Assembly: GCA_963813075.1 (NCBI GenBank)
Contig: CAWEXU010000022.1
Span: forward strand, 1-33,984
DNA from: Methanotrichaceae archaeon
Lineage (GTDB): Archaea > Halobacteriota > Methanosarcinia > Methanotrichales > Methanotrichaceae
Direction of reading: 5' to 3'
DNA length: 33,984 bases
The first letter of the stretch is position 1. Every line of letters begins with the position of its first letter. Positions 18,666-29,486 of this stretch are shown one piece after another. The notes below the pieces were generated by a model. That model was not told where the DNA came from and did no database searches. It worked only from the letters and a program-made list of their open reading frames with translations. The position numbers and the translations under genes are program-made.

Positions 18666-19430
18666 TCACAAAGTTCTCTTCTCAAGCCAGCGGGAAAAAT
18701 CAGCTTCAAGAGAATCAAGATATCCGGAAATGCTCCAGGCAATTTCTACATTCTTGGCGCTCATCACCATGCCGGATATCAAATCATCTTCCTTCTCAAA
18801 TTGCACTCTTACATCTGCCTCGGCATGACTTGAAAGAACATCCTTGATTTTTTGCTGAATATCCTCAGGAACTATAAAGGCGCTACGTATGGTAATAATC
18901 TGTTCGGAATCTTTAAAAAAATCCTTAATCGTCTTCCTTTCAGGTTCTTCCAAATTTTTTAAGCGATTGATAAAAGCAATCATTATTTGCCGATCCAGAT
19001 CTTCATTGGCAAGGTCTTTGAGAGCCCGCCTGGAGATGGCATATAGCTGCTGTCCACTATATTTCCTCAAATCACTGATAAAATCATCTCTTTGGCGCTG
19101 CAAATCCATTTGCCACTCTATTTTTGTCTCTTCGATCTCGTCTCTTGCCTTTTTCATCATATCCGCTCTAAACTCTTTAGCATCTTCTTTTGCTTCGATG
19201 AGCAGCTCTTCATGCTCAGCGGACAGCTCCTCTTTCTTCTTGCGATAAGACTGGGCCTCAGCTTGCGCTTCTCTCTCTGCATTTTCTGACTCTTTTTGGC
19301 GGGAGATGATTGCATTCTCTCTTTCGTCCATCAATTTGAGCAGCGGCCCGTATAAAAAATGCTTCAAGAGAAACACTAGCAGTGCAAAATTCACAACCTG
19401 GGCAGCAATGGTAAAATAATCAATCTGCAA
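18666..19430 (-). CDS. atpF: N-type ATPase b subunit with delta-like C-terminal extension
   Basis: TTG start with GGAGG; N-terminal [20 protein letters not shown], long coiled coil, C-terminal [14 protein letters not shown]. Confidence 0.92.
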   Translation of the reverse strand: MQIDYFTIAAQVVNFALLVFLLKHFLYGPLLKLMDERENAIISRQKESENAEREAQAEAQSYRKKKEELSAEHEELLIEAKEDAKEFRADMMKKARDEIEETKIEWQMDLQRQRDDFISDLRKYSGQQLYAISRRALKDLANEDLDRQIMIAFINRLKNLEEPERKTIKDFFKDSEQIITIRSAFIVPEDIQQKIKDVLSSHAEADVRVQFEKEDDLISGMVMSAKNVEIAWSISGYLDSLEADFSRWLEKRTL

Positions 19431-19439
19431 GATTTCCTC

Positions 19440-19706
19440 CTAACGAATCACATAATTCCAGAAGGGATTGGAGAAGATCAGAATTATGGATATTACAAAA
19501 CAATAGATTGCAGTCGATTCTACCATGGCAAGGCCTACGAATAGGGTCCGGGTTATTACATTGGCCTCGTCAGGCTGCTGGGCAATGGCACTTAAGGCCC
19601 GGGATAGCGCCCAGGCTTCGCCTATTGCTGGTCCAACGGAACCAATGGCAATAGTGAGGCCCGAAATAATTATGGATGCAATACCTATAGTCTCAATAGC
19701 GGCCAT
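19440..19706 (-). CDS. atpE: N-type ATPase c subunit, Na+-binding signature
   Basis: GSVGPAIGE, AQQP loop, AMVESTAIY; start 19706 or TTG 19712. Confidence 0.95.
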   Translation of the reverse strand: MAAIETIGIASIIISGLTIAIGSVGPAIGEAWALSRALSAIAQQPDEANVITRTLFVGLAMVESTAIYCFVISIILIFSNPFWNYVIR

Positions 19707-19708
19707 TT

Positions 19709-20413
19709 TCAAACACCTCTTGTTGATAATTTTTCCTTTTCTTTATCCCCTGTCGAACTTCCAGATACGATATACACGGTAGCCAGGACGGCAAAAATAT
19801 AAGCCTGTACCTGCCCAATCAACATGCCAAAAAGGTTCATAACAACAGGCAAAAACAACGGCACAATGGAAAACAGGACTGCTACCAGCAAATTTTGACT
19901 CATCATATTGCCAAAAAGCCTGAGGGCCATTGCCATTGTGCGGGAAAATTCTCCAATAATATTAAATGGGAGCATCAGTACGGAGGGCTGGATGTAGCGC
20001 TTGAAATAATCGGCCGCTCCCTGCTCGGCAATACCATAAAGGGGAACTGCAAAAAAGACACATATGGCCAGCGCCAGCGTAGTTGATAGAGAACTGGCAG
20101 GAGAACGATAGCCGGGAACGATGGCAAGCAGGCTGGACACTGAGATAAATAAAAACAAAGTTCCTGAAAAGGGGATATATCGTTCAGAAGCTCTGCGGGC
20201 TATTTCTGCTATCTCGCTTCTCATATAACCGATAATAGTCTCCATGAGGGCTTGCCTTCGTGAGAACGGCGGGTCAATAGAAAGCTGGCGCGTTGAAAGC
20301 CAGGCGAGGGATATCAGCAGCGCCATAACTATCCAGGTGGTGACAATCGTTTCATTAAGTGAGGATGCTCCCCATTTCCAATAAATAATTTCATCAGGAT
20401 TTATCTGGACCAT
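19709..20413 (-). CDS. atpB: N-type ATPase a subunit
   Basis: MLPFNIIGEFSRTMAMALRLFGN, QAYIFAVLATVYI. Confidence 0.95.
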   Translation of the reverse strand: MVQINPDEIIYWKWGASSLNETIVTTWIVMALLISLAWLSTRQLSIDPPFSRRQALMETIIGYMRSEIAEIARRASERYIPFSGTLFLFISVSSLLAIVPGYRSPASSLSTTLALAICVFFAVPLYGIAEQGAADYFKRYIQPSVLMLPFNIIGEFSRTMAMALRLFGNMMSQNLLVAVLFSIVPLFLPVVMNLFGMLIGQVQAYIFAVLATVYIVSGSSTGDKEKEKLSTRGV

Positions 20414-20415
20414 TT

Positions 20416-20703
20416 TCAATGCGCCTCCATTTTTGAGCGGAGAGAAAGCTTTCGAATCAATGCGATCTTGGTCAGCACAAAGCCTGCCAGACAGAGCAAT
20501 AGCGCTTCGATTCCACTGCCAATAATCAGATAGAAACCCAGGATGCAAACCAGGGACCTGGCAAAAAAGCTACCCAGACTCAATATAGTTGGCTGCTGAG
20601 AATGAGGGAGGCGTTTTATTGTCAGCCAAAGGCCGCCAAAGTAGAAGACGCCAAGGAGGGCTCCCATGAAAAAGCTCAGAGCGAGCAAAAATGCACTATT
20701 CAT
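20416..20703 (-). CDS. atpR: N-ATPase subunit AtpR
   Basis: 95-aa hydrophobic protein, YFGGLWLT and SFFAR motifs, at the atpR position of the operon. Confidence 0.85.
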   Translation of the reverse strand: MNSAFLLALSFFMGALLGVFYFGGLWLTIKRLPHSQQPTILSLGSFFARSLVCILGFYLIIGSGIEALLLCLAGFVLTKIALIRKLSLRSKMEAH

Positions 20704-21004
20704 TCATTATGTCCTCTTCAATCTCTTTTTGCCCCTTTTTGATCCAGTACCATGCGTTTGCACAGCCTATGACCAGGCCCACGAATAAAAGAGTAAGCGT
20801 CCAGGAGATAGGTCCGTGATAATTGATGTCTATCCAAACTCCCAACAAGACGCCTACAAGAGCTGGGACTGCCACAGACCATCCGATGACGCCCATCATG
20901 CCCAGGCCAAACCATATGCCTCTGGCTCTTCCTCGCCGACCCTTGATCTTGCGCGCCTCTTTTGCGGCGACTTCATCTTCGAAGCTTTTGCGATGGTGGT
21001 CCAT
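20696..21004 (-). CDS. atpQ: N-ATPase subunit AtpQ (AtpZ/gene 1 family)
   Basis: GLGMMGVIGWSVAVP..GVWID..GCANAWYW. Confidence 0.88.
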   Translation of the reverse strand: MDHHRKSFEDEVAAKEARKIKGRRGRARGIWFGLGMMGVIGWSVAVPALVGVLLGVWIDINYHGPISWTLTLLFVGLVIGCANAWYWIKKGQKEIEEDIMNE

Positions 21005-21007
21005 TAT

Positions 21008-22800
<1,793 letters not shown>

Positions 22801-22901
22801 TTACTACCAGGACTATTGAGCAACAGCAAAAAATACAGAAATCTTAGCTTGAGGATTGTATTGGTTCCGGCACGTTAATCCCAGATCAAACAGCAAGGAA
22901 T

Positions 22902-23159
22902 CAAACATGGGCAGGATGGTGCAGCTGCATACTGCCAGTATCATCCCTGAGGTGGAAGCGACGCTGTAGCAGAGCCACTTGGAAGCATCTGCACCGAAAT
23001 ATTTGAGTACAGTCTCCTTGTTCAAAAGAGCAGCTATTGCACCGGCGATGAAAAATGCAGGCACAAGACAGGTTAAGACATGCGCCGACAGATATTCCAG
23101 CAGTGTTGCCAGTCCGGCCTCTAAGGCTGCCATGATGGTATAAGTTGCGTGAATATCAT
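22902..23159 (-). pseudogene. DUF318/ArsP-type permease copy 3, 5' part only
   Basis: Matches copy 1 from the start to ...CSCTILPMF; homology ends at about 22902; 1-nt loss near the start. Confidence 0.9.
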
Positions 23160-23222
23160 CTCCTACAGCTTATTGACTCCTCGAGAATCCTTCCTGCTTC
23201 TGCGAGCTGTGATATCGCCTTG
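23156..23222 (-). pseudogene. arsR 3' remnant
   Basis: ctcgagaatccttcctgcttctgcgagctg is identical to the arsR 3' end near 12080-12110; rest of arsR and its promoter are absent. Confidence 0.85.
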
Positions 23223-23264
23223 ATCATCGCCTTAATATTTCTGAATGATGGATACCTTTCCCGG

Positions 23265-23570
23265 ATGGCGATAAAAAGGGAGGACTGGTTGCAGATCAAT
23301 AAGGAGCTTTCTCTGCTCTATGAAATGCACGAGGCTGCTATCTCGCAGACGGGAAAATGCCGGGATTTCAACTCCCGCGCCAGTATCTTATTGCAGCATC
23401 TGGAGGAGCTTGAGGCCTTTGATATGGCTGACAGAGTGATGGACCTTCTGGCCGGCTGCAACCCCAAGGACACTTCTCCCTGTGACAGTCGCCTGAGCAC
23501 AAAAGCCTCTCTGGAGAGGCTGCAAGAGAGGATCAAAAATAAGATGAGTGAGCGGGAAAAAGACGGATAG
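23265..23570 (+). CDS. Hypothetical helical protein (101 aa, three Cys)
   Basis: MAIKREDWLQINKEL...; start supported by the ATG of the duplicate at 12552. Confidence 0.8.
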   Translation: MAIKREDWLQINKELSLLYEMHEAAISQTGKCRDFNSRASILLQHLEELEAFDMADRVMDLLAGCNPKDTSPCDSRLSTKASLERLQERIKNKMSEREKDG

Positions 23571-23593
23571 GAAATGATTGCATCTTATGGATG

Positions 23594-23866
23594 CTACAGA
23601 GGACTGGCACCATATTTTCTGTACCTCATATACATCCCGGTGGCCACCATCAGGGTGAGAAAGGAGATCGTATTGGAGACGATCAGAATGCGATCCTGAA
23701 TATACAGGCCATAGAGCAGCCAGAGGAACATTCCCAGTGAAAATTGCAGGAGCATGATCAGGCTGACATCTGAGACAGACTCTGTCCGATAGATCTTGAG
23801 GATCTGGGGGACGAATCCGAACATCGTCAAAAGAGCTGCACACCAGCCAACCAGTTCCCATTGCAT
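23594..23866 (-). CDS. SemiSWEET / PQ-loop transporter
   Basis: FGFVPQILKIYRTESVSDVS, LWLLYG, SN; three TM segments; start MQWELVG. Confidence 0.9.
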   Translation of the reverse strand: MQWELVGWCAALLTMFGFVPQILKIYRTESVSDVSLIMLLQFSLGMFLWLLYGLYIQDRILIVSNTISFLTLMVATGMYMRYRKYGASPL

Positions 23867-24116
23867 CTGCCTTCTGTTAGAGCTGCAAGTATATGAGGAT
23901 TGCAGTCTTCTATCCGGCAGTATCTGCCCAACAGCTCCACCTTTTCCACTGCCTCCTCTGAGCACCTTTGGATCATGGCAGGCATTCTTCAGCCTTCTGA
24001 AAACATCAATGCCTCAGGCCCTTATTGAATGCCTGATCTCTTTATAATGTCTGCCTTTCAATAAGTGCTAGCCTCGCTCCATATTTCTGGGATCCGAATT
24101 GGCAGATGGCTCGAAC

Positions 24117-24146
24117 AAAAAAAAAGAAGCTGGTGGCGGAAGCTTC
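24117..24146 (-). terminator. Hairpin plus T9 terminator
   Basis: Minus strand GAAGCT-tccgccacc-AGCTTC followed by TTTTTTTTT, at the stop of 24145..24603. Confidence 0.6.
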
Positions 24147-24603
24147 AGATTCCGCCCAGATACTCTGCTCCGCTGGCCTTTCCCTCTTCAGATTTGCGAT
24201 ATTGATCGATAGCCGCATCCGAAAGCAGGTTCACGTCATTGGTGGAAATTGTTTTCTCGCCTGACGATCCATCGATCTCGTGCACTATTCCCTTCGAGCT
24301 GGTGGTGTTATTGGTGATGAGAACCGGCTTGCTAAGATCTATTGGAGCGGTCATCTTCTGCATCAGCATATTTGGATCTTCTCCGAAGTTAGCCCTCACC
24401 CAGGCATTGTATTCGTCAACCTTGGCGTTGAAGTCATCGATATTCTTTCCGTCAAGGGCAAGCTGGTATGCTTGACCCATCTCAAAGCCCTTCTTGAAGC
24501 CATCAATGGCTCCGTTCTGCCAATCGGTATATTCTGCGGCCACTGCCAGGCCCGCCAGACACAGAAATATCGAAATATATACGATTTTATTCTTCATATT
24601 CAA
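24145..24603 (-). CDS. Exported hypothetical protein
   Basis: Signal peptide MKNKIVYISIFLCLAGLAVAA; GGAGTG RBS. Confidence 0.8.
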   Translation of the reverse strand: MNMKNKIVYISIFLCLAGLAVAAEYTDWQNGAIDGFKKGFEMGQAYQLALDGKNIDDFNAKVDEYNAWVRANFGEDPNMLMQKMTAPIDLSKPVLITNNTTSSKGIVHEIDGSSGEKTISTNDVNLLSDAAIDQYRKSEEGKASGAEYLGGI

Positions 24604-24734
24604 TCACTCCTTTATTCGATCATGCTCATTAACGGCAGCATTTCTGCCAATAATATCAAACTCCGCCCTCATCCTGCATGTGAGCAGAGCGGCCATCATT
24701 CCGTTCGGTCAATTCAGATCTATCCGGGATGCTC

Positions 24735-25220
24735 CTATCTCAACACCGGTGGCAATGAGTAACTGCTGCTCTTCGCAACAACAGGGATGTCTGCACCGGC
24801 ATAGCCATCCACATAGAATGGCTCATTGGTGTAAGGATCCAGGTAGAAGTATTTCGTCTCCCCAGTCCTGGGAATCTTGTAGGCATATATCGGATACCCC
24901 TTGAAGGGATCGACTCCCACTTGAGCTATTCCGCTCTCTGTGATGTTGAAATCCTTCCAGCTGTTGAATGGATCGGTCAGGATCTCTCCATCCACAAGAA
25001 CGCTTCCCTTGGGCGCGCTTCCCCAGCTCCAAAGGGTATCATTCTCGCTCGTATTCTCGCTTTTTTCCTTTGATTGGGAATCAATGGCCTCCAGGCTTGC
25101 CAGGATAGACCTGCCGGAATCTCCACTTAGAGTCTGATAACTGCCAGTGCTCTGAGCTGAAGAGTTCGCTAGCAAGAGACAAGCTAATGCCAACACAATC
25201 ACTGCTAATGCAGTCTTCAT
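24735..25220 (-). CDS. Exported hypothetical protein, paralog A
   Basis: Signal peptide; LWSWGSAPKGS; Tyr/DP-rich; YSLPPVLR end. Confidence 0.8.
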   Translation of the reverse strand: MKTALAVIVLALACLLLANSSAQSTGSYQTLSGDSGRSILASLEAIDSQSKEKSENTSENDTLWSWGSAPKGSVLVDGEILTDPFNSWKDFNITESGIAQVGVDPFKGYPIYAYKIPRTGETKYFYLDPYTNEPFYVDGYAGADIPVVAKSSSYSLPPVLR

Positions 25221-25254
25221 ACCGAACCCACCGTGCTGAGATTGATGCCTGATG

Positions 25255-25268
25255 ATAAAAGGCTTTCG
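25255..25268 (-). promoter_or_regulatory. BRE-TATA promoter
   Basis: CGAAAGCCTTTTAT, 35 nt above the ATG; identical to 25867-25880. Confidence 0.75.
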
Positions 25269-25286
25269 CAGGTCATTTTATCAATT

Positions 25287-25832
25287 TTATGTGAGTATTG
25301 GTGGCAATGAGTATTGCTCTTCTTCGATGTACTGGCCGGATATGGGAGTGAAGCTGGCATATATCGGCTCGCCAGTCTCCGGATTAAAGTAGACGTAGAC
25401 CAGTTTTCCGCTATTGGAATCTGTGTATGTATAGTAATGCTGCCCGGTGATTGGATCCACATATGTTTTGACTCTCTCCCCAGTGACCGGATCGAAATAG
25501 GAATAAGCAGGGGTGTCTCCATAGGGATCCACGAACGAATCGCCCAGCCAATCGCGAATAACGCTCAGGTTCTTCAGTGTGTACCGGGGATCGCCGATGA
25601 TATTCCCGTCCACGATCAGGCTGCCTTTGGGCGCTCCTCCCCAGCTCCATAGACTTTGATTGCTCTCGCTTTTTGATGCCGTCTCGGCGTCCGATGCTTC
25701 GATGGTGCTCAATACATTTCTGCCGTAGTCTCCACCAATGCTCTGGAAGTTGCTCTTCTCCTGAGCAAGGGCGTTTCCGGCCAAGAGGCATGCTATCAGC
25801 AATGCCATTGCTGCTGCAAATGCAGTCTTCAT
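25287..25832 (-). CDS. Exported hypothetical protein, paralog B
   Basis: Starts MKTAFAAAM; LWSWGGAPKGS; repeated Y-x-DP-x-TG units; YSLPPILT end. Confidence 0.82.
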   Translation of the reverse strand: MKTAFAAAMALLIACLLAGNALAQEKSNFQSIGGDYGRNVLSTIEASDAETASKSESNQSLWSWGGAPKGSLIVDGNIIGDPRYTLKNLSVIRDWLGDSFVDPYGDTPAYSYFDPVTGERVKTYVDPITGQHYYTYTDSNSGKLVYVYFNPETGEPIYASFTPISGQYIEEEQYSLPPILT

Positions 25833-25866
25833 ACTGACCCCACTGGTGTTGAAAGGACTCTTGGCA

Positions 25867-25880
25867 ATAAAAGGCTTTCG
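25867..25880 (-). promoter_or_regulatory. BRE-TATA promoter
   Basis: CGAAAGCCTTTTAT, 35 nt above ATG 25832. Confidence 0.75.
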
Positions 25881-25900
25881 AATGCAAGAGCCATTTGTGC

Positions 25901-26848
25901 TCAAAGCCAACCCAACTGAGGCAGGGCCTGGAGCAGGGTTGCTCTGAGCAGCACATCGATGATCAGAGCCGCAAAGAGCCACGCGCGGTAGTTGGCGGAC
26001 TGATAGAAGAACTGCTCGCCTCTTTTTGCCGTTGGATGGCGCACGAAATCAAGGTTCTGACCCAGCAGCCAGCCACCGGATACAATGGCTGCGATGAAAT
26101 AGAACCATCCCAGGCCCGAGGCCAATCCCAGGGCAATGGAAAGAGCGATTCCTGCCAGCCAGAAGAGGGCCACCATCTTTGCGGTGATTGGAATGCCGAA
26201 GGTGGCGGGAGTGGTGGGAATTCCCTCTCTTCTGTCGCCCTCAACATCACGGGAGGCATCGCAGTTGGTAAATCCCCAATCGGTGATGCATATCATCGCC
26301 GCCAGGATCAGAGAAGCAGGGTGGATGCCGGCGCCGGCCTTGAGAATCCCCGCCGGCTCCATAGCCAGCCAGACGCCTAAAGGCACCAATCCATAGGATA
26401 AGCCCACGAAGATCCAGGAGAAGGGGGTATTCCTCTTGGCCCAGGCGGAGTAGATGCTTGCAAGTATGGTGGCAGCGACGAGGGCGACAAAGCTCTCAGG
26501 GTTTAGGTAGAGGGCGGCAGACAGGGCGACGAGAAAGAGAAATACTGACCAGGACTGGGCCTGCCTCTTGTCCAGCTTTGCCGAAGGCAGTGGCCGGCAG
26601 GGCATGCCGACCTTATCCACGTCGATGTCGCAGCAGTCGTTATAGACATAAGAGCTGGTGATGGCACAGTAGGCTCCGAGCACTGCTATGACAAAGGGAA
26701 TCAGAGGAGGAAGAGTCCCTTCCACTGCATAGACTGCCAAGAGAGCCGAGGCTGCTGGCATGGCGATGTCCATGGGCGCGAGCGGAGGGCGTAGCAGCTC
26801 GATATATGCTCTGAAGCTTGAGAATCCTTGGTTTGTCATTTTATTCAA
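25901..26848 (-). CDS. UbiA family prenyltransferase
   Basis: NDCCDIDVD..RPLPS first Asp-rich motif; DASRDVEGD second motif; multiple TM segments. Confidence 0.92.
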   Translation of the reverse strand: MNKMTNQGFSSFRAYIELLRPPLAPMDIAMPAASALLAVYAVEGTLPPLIPFVIAVLGAYCAITSSYVYNDCCDIDVDKVGMPCRPLPSAKLDKRQAQSWSVFLFLVALSAALYLNPESFVALVAATILASIYSAWAKRNTPFSWIFVGLSYGLVPLGVWLAMEPAGILKAGAGIHPASLILAAMICITDWGFTNCDASRDVEGDRREGIPTTPATFGIPITAKMVALFWLAGIALSIALGLASGLGWFYFIAAIVSGGWLLGQNLDFVRHPTAKRGEQFFYQSANYRAWLFAALIIDVLLRATLLQALPQLGWL

Positions 26849-26885
26849 ATTTCCCTCAGGGGTTCATTCTTCGAATTCCATGCTC

Positions 26886-27605
26886 TCAGATTACGCCTGA
26901 AAAGAGATCCAGGTGATCCCCGGGCCGGGTCAGATAATCCAGCCGACCATGCTCCTTGAGCAGAGGGTACATCTCTTTGCCTTTGGCCAGCCCCAGCTGG
27001 GAAAGGGTTCTGCCACCTGGTGCGTCGGCCCGCCGCAGCTCAGACGCCTCCGGACAGCGCGGGTTCTTGATCCACCCATCGCGGGTAAAGAAATATGCTC
27101 CCCCTCCCTTCTCCTTTATGGGATCGTAGAGGGATGAGAAGTCCCTGGCCACGAAATTGGACATCTTGAGGATCTTATTGGATCGATTGATGGTGATATG
27201 CCCGTAATTGGGGGGAACCAGGACCTTATCCCCGGCGACTGCGTTTATGGCCACCACATCGGATAGGTCCTCATTCTGCAGGAGATAGAGCGCTTCGCCC
27301 TCCAGCACCTCATAGAGCTCAGGATAGGTGACGGCAGACCCCGGTGCCTGTGGATGGTAGTGGCCTGCGGTCTTAATGTACTCGCAACCCATCATCCCTG
27401 GAGGGATTATGGTGATATCGTATCTCAAGTTCTGGTCTCGAAGCTTATCCCCGTCCGCCCGGCTCAAGAAGAGGTCGCGGAACATATAGTACAGCTCAAA
27501 GTTCTCTCTTCCCGCCAGCCAGCTCTGATCGAATATAACGTCTTTCATGTCAAAGAGCCTGCGAATATCAGGCTCTCTGGTCTTGCCGCCAAATTCTAGA
27601 TCCAT
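26886..27605 (-). CDS. Cupin-type (archaeal) glucose-6-phosphate isomerase family protein
   Basis: LRYDITII, KTAGHYH, PELYEVLEG, VPPNYGHITIN. Confidence 0.9.
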   Translation of the reverse strand: MDLEFGGKTREPDIRRLFDMKDVIFDQSWLAGRENFELYYMFRDLFLSRADGDKLRDQNLRYDITIIPPGMMGCEYIKTAGHYHPQAPGSAVTYPELYEVLEGEALYLLQNEDLSDVVAINAVAGDKVLVPPNYGHITINRSNKILKMSNFVARDFSSLYDPIKEKGGGAYFFTRDGWIKNPRCPEASELRRADAPGGRTLSQLGLAKGKEMYPLLKEHGRLDYLTRPGDHLDLFSGVI

Positions 27606-27747
27606 CTTCTATGCCACCGCTCTCCTTAGGACCTCCTGCATTTAAATGGTCTTCCACTGGCATTCGAGCAATGGAATGGAAAGACCAAAAGCAAAGCTAA
27701 CGCTTTAGCTTGCCAGTCTTATCATTCAGGACCTTTATTTAAAGGAC

Positions 27748-28203
27748 TCAGCAGGCATAAGGAGTGTTGATGGTGAAGTACTCCGTGAGCTCCTTTTTGA
27801 AGTCCACTATCACATCCACCCTCCAGTTTCCTGGAAGCCTGGCAACGTCGGTTCCCTTGATCTTCAGGCAGCTCCAGACGGGTGCCGCCCACATTCCCGT
27901 GAATCCGTCGATGGGCGGAATGGTGGAAAACGACCGGGCATAGGTCCTGCCCTCGGGCCAGTACCATCTCCACTCCACAGTATGCGACTTTGAGTCCCGC
28001 CAGATAAGCAACCATGAGACGGCCTGCTCATCATCGGTGGTAAATGTGGTTGTCCTGTATAGCGGCATGCCGCTATCGGTAATATCCTTGGCTATGGTAT
28101 GCTCGCTAAGGGGAAAGAACATAGGATGGGATGCCAGAGCCCCTCCGCCCATGAGCAACAATGCCAACGCCACTAAAGCAAATACTCTCGTTCTCATTAC
28201 CAC
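27748..28203 (-). CDS. Exported hypothetical beta-sandwich protein
   Basis: Signal peptide; VEWRWYWPEG...PGNWRVDV...FTI Ig-like pattern. Confidence 0.75.
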   Translation of the reverse strand: MVMRTRVFALVALALLLMGGGALASHPMFFPLSEHTIAKDITDSGMPLYRTTTFTTDDEQAVSWLLIWRDSKSHTVEWRWYWPEGRTYARSFSTIPPIDGFTGMWAAPVWSCLKIKGTDVARLPGNWRVDVIVDFKKELTEYFTINTPYAC

Positions 28204-28308
28204 TCACCATAACTTTGAAAGCTTTTCAAACCCCAATAGTATATTAATCCATGTAGCATAAAAAGATAACGATTGGATAATAGAGATAAAAGATAGTGTC
28301 AGCAATTG

Positions 28309-28953
28309 TCAGAGAGTCAGAGGCCTTATGCCCGATCTTCTGGCAATCTCTCGGGGAAGGTCCATAACATGATCCAAGCTATCGATCACATTTCCGTCGC
28401 TGGTCAGCACTATTCCCCTGGTTGCCTTTAGAAGGCGATCGACATCTCTGGCGGTTCTGGCTGTGCCGCAGAGATGCCGCTCTGCCATCATTCCTCTTAT
28501 CATCTCCGCAATCTCTCCGCTGCGGCTCATCTGCTGGTCCAGCAGCACCTCTGTTCGGGCTGGACCGGCCTGGGCCAGAAGATCAAGGATCTGGTTGAGG
28601 GCAAGAGCGGTGAGCGAGGAGATTTTGTAGCTCCTGAAGATCCCTCTGCTGTCTCGCAGGAAGCCGTCATCGCACGAATAGATGGGATGGCCTCCGAGGA
28701 GGCTCTCGGTGGTGATAAGGACATTGTAGCCGTCAATGAAGATGGCCTGATCCTTCAGGTCCTCCAACTTCTGCATCCTGGACCTTCTGATCCGAGCAAC
28801 GTCCGATTTCACTATTACCCTCATCAGGATGAACCTCTCTTCAATCGCCAATCGATGGTGATTGGAGATGAACCTGACAGCAGAATCCTTGGGGTAGCCC
28901 CGGTCCACCAGATACCTCGCCTCCTCCAGGGCTTTTGCCGTTTTTGCTTTTAT
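28309..28953 (-). CDS. DUF434 domain protein (PIN/NYN-like)
   Basis: YLVDRGY..FISNHHRL; IDGYNVLIT; DDGFLRD; TSD; probable ATA start at 28953. Confidence 0.8.
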   Translation of the reverse strand: MKAKTAKALEEARYLVDRGYPKDSAVRFISNHHRLAIEERFILMRVIVKSDVARIRRSRMQKLEDLKDQAIFIDGYNVLITTESLLGGHPIYSCDDGFLRDSRGIFRSYKISSLTALALNQILDLLAQAGPARTEVLLDQQMSRSGEIAEMIRGMMAERHLCGTARTARDVDRLLKATRGIVLTSDGNVIDSLDHVMDLPREIARRSGIRPLTL

Positions 28954-29486
28954 CGCTTCTCTCTTGCAGCCTTCGCCGACAGTCTCACATCCTGGTAAAG
29001 ATCCCGACCATGCGAGTCCACTGCCACCACCATCGGACCAAGATCTTCGGCCTCCAGCTCCCAGATGGACTCCGCCATCCCCAGCTCCGGGAAGTGGACA
29101 GCACAAACCCGAAGCTGTGATGCAGCCGCCGCGCCGCAACCCCCTGGATAGGCAAGATAGACCGCTCTATTCAAGAACGGCTCTCCTGGCAGGCCTCCTT
29201 TGCCGATTATGGCCTTCACCCCTAAAGCCAGGATCTCCTCGGTATAGCGCGTCATTCGGCCGCTGGTGGTAGGCCCGGCAGAGATGACCGAATCATCCTG
29301 AATGATGGGGCCGCAATGATAGAGCGCCGCTCCCTCTAAAGTTACTGGGCTGCCCTGGCGGCGAATCAGAGCATGGGCTTTGTCCCGAGCGGTGAACACC
29401 TTGCCCTTCAGAAATACTATATCACCCGCGTTCAGCTTTTTCACATCCTCCTGGCAAAGGGGAGTCTGGAGATGAAATATGGTCAT
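28950..29486 (-). CDS. Fe-S hydro-lyase (class I fumarate hydratase/tartrate dehydratase) beta subunit
   Basis: FTARDKAH, YHCGP, AGPTTSGRM, IIGKGG, LGMAES, DSHG; ATGA overlap with alpha. Confidence 0.93.
   Translation of the reverse strand: MTIFHLQTPLCQEDVKKLNAGDIVFLKGKVFTARDKAHALIRRQGSPVTLEGAALYHCGPIIQDDSVISAGPTTSGRMTRYTEEILALGVKAIIGKGGLPGEPFLNRAVYLAYPGGCGAAAASQLRVCAVHFPELGMAESIWELEAEDLGPMVVAVDSHGRDLYQDVRLSAKAAREKR

Noticed and set aside
23870..24085. Possible small ORF or remnant upstream of SemiSWEET
   Set aside because: Only short frames with no recognisable family
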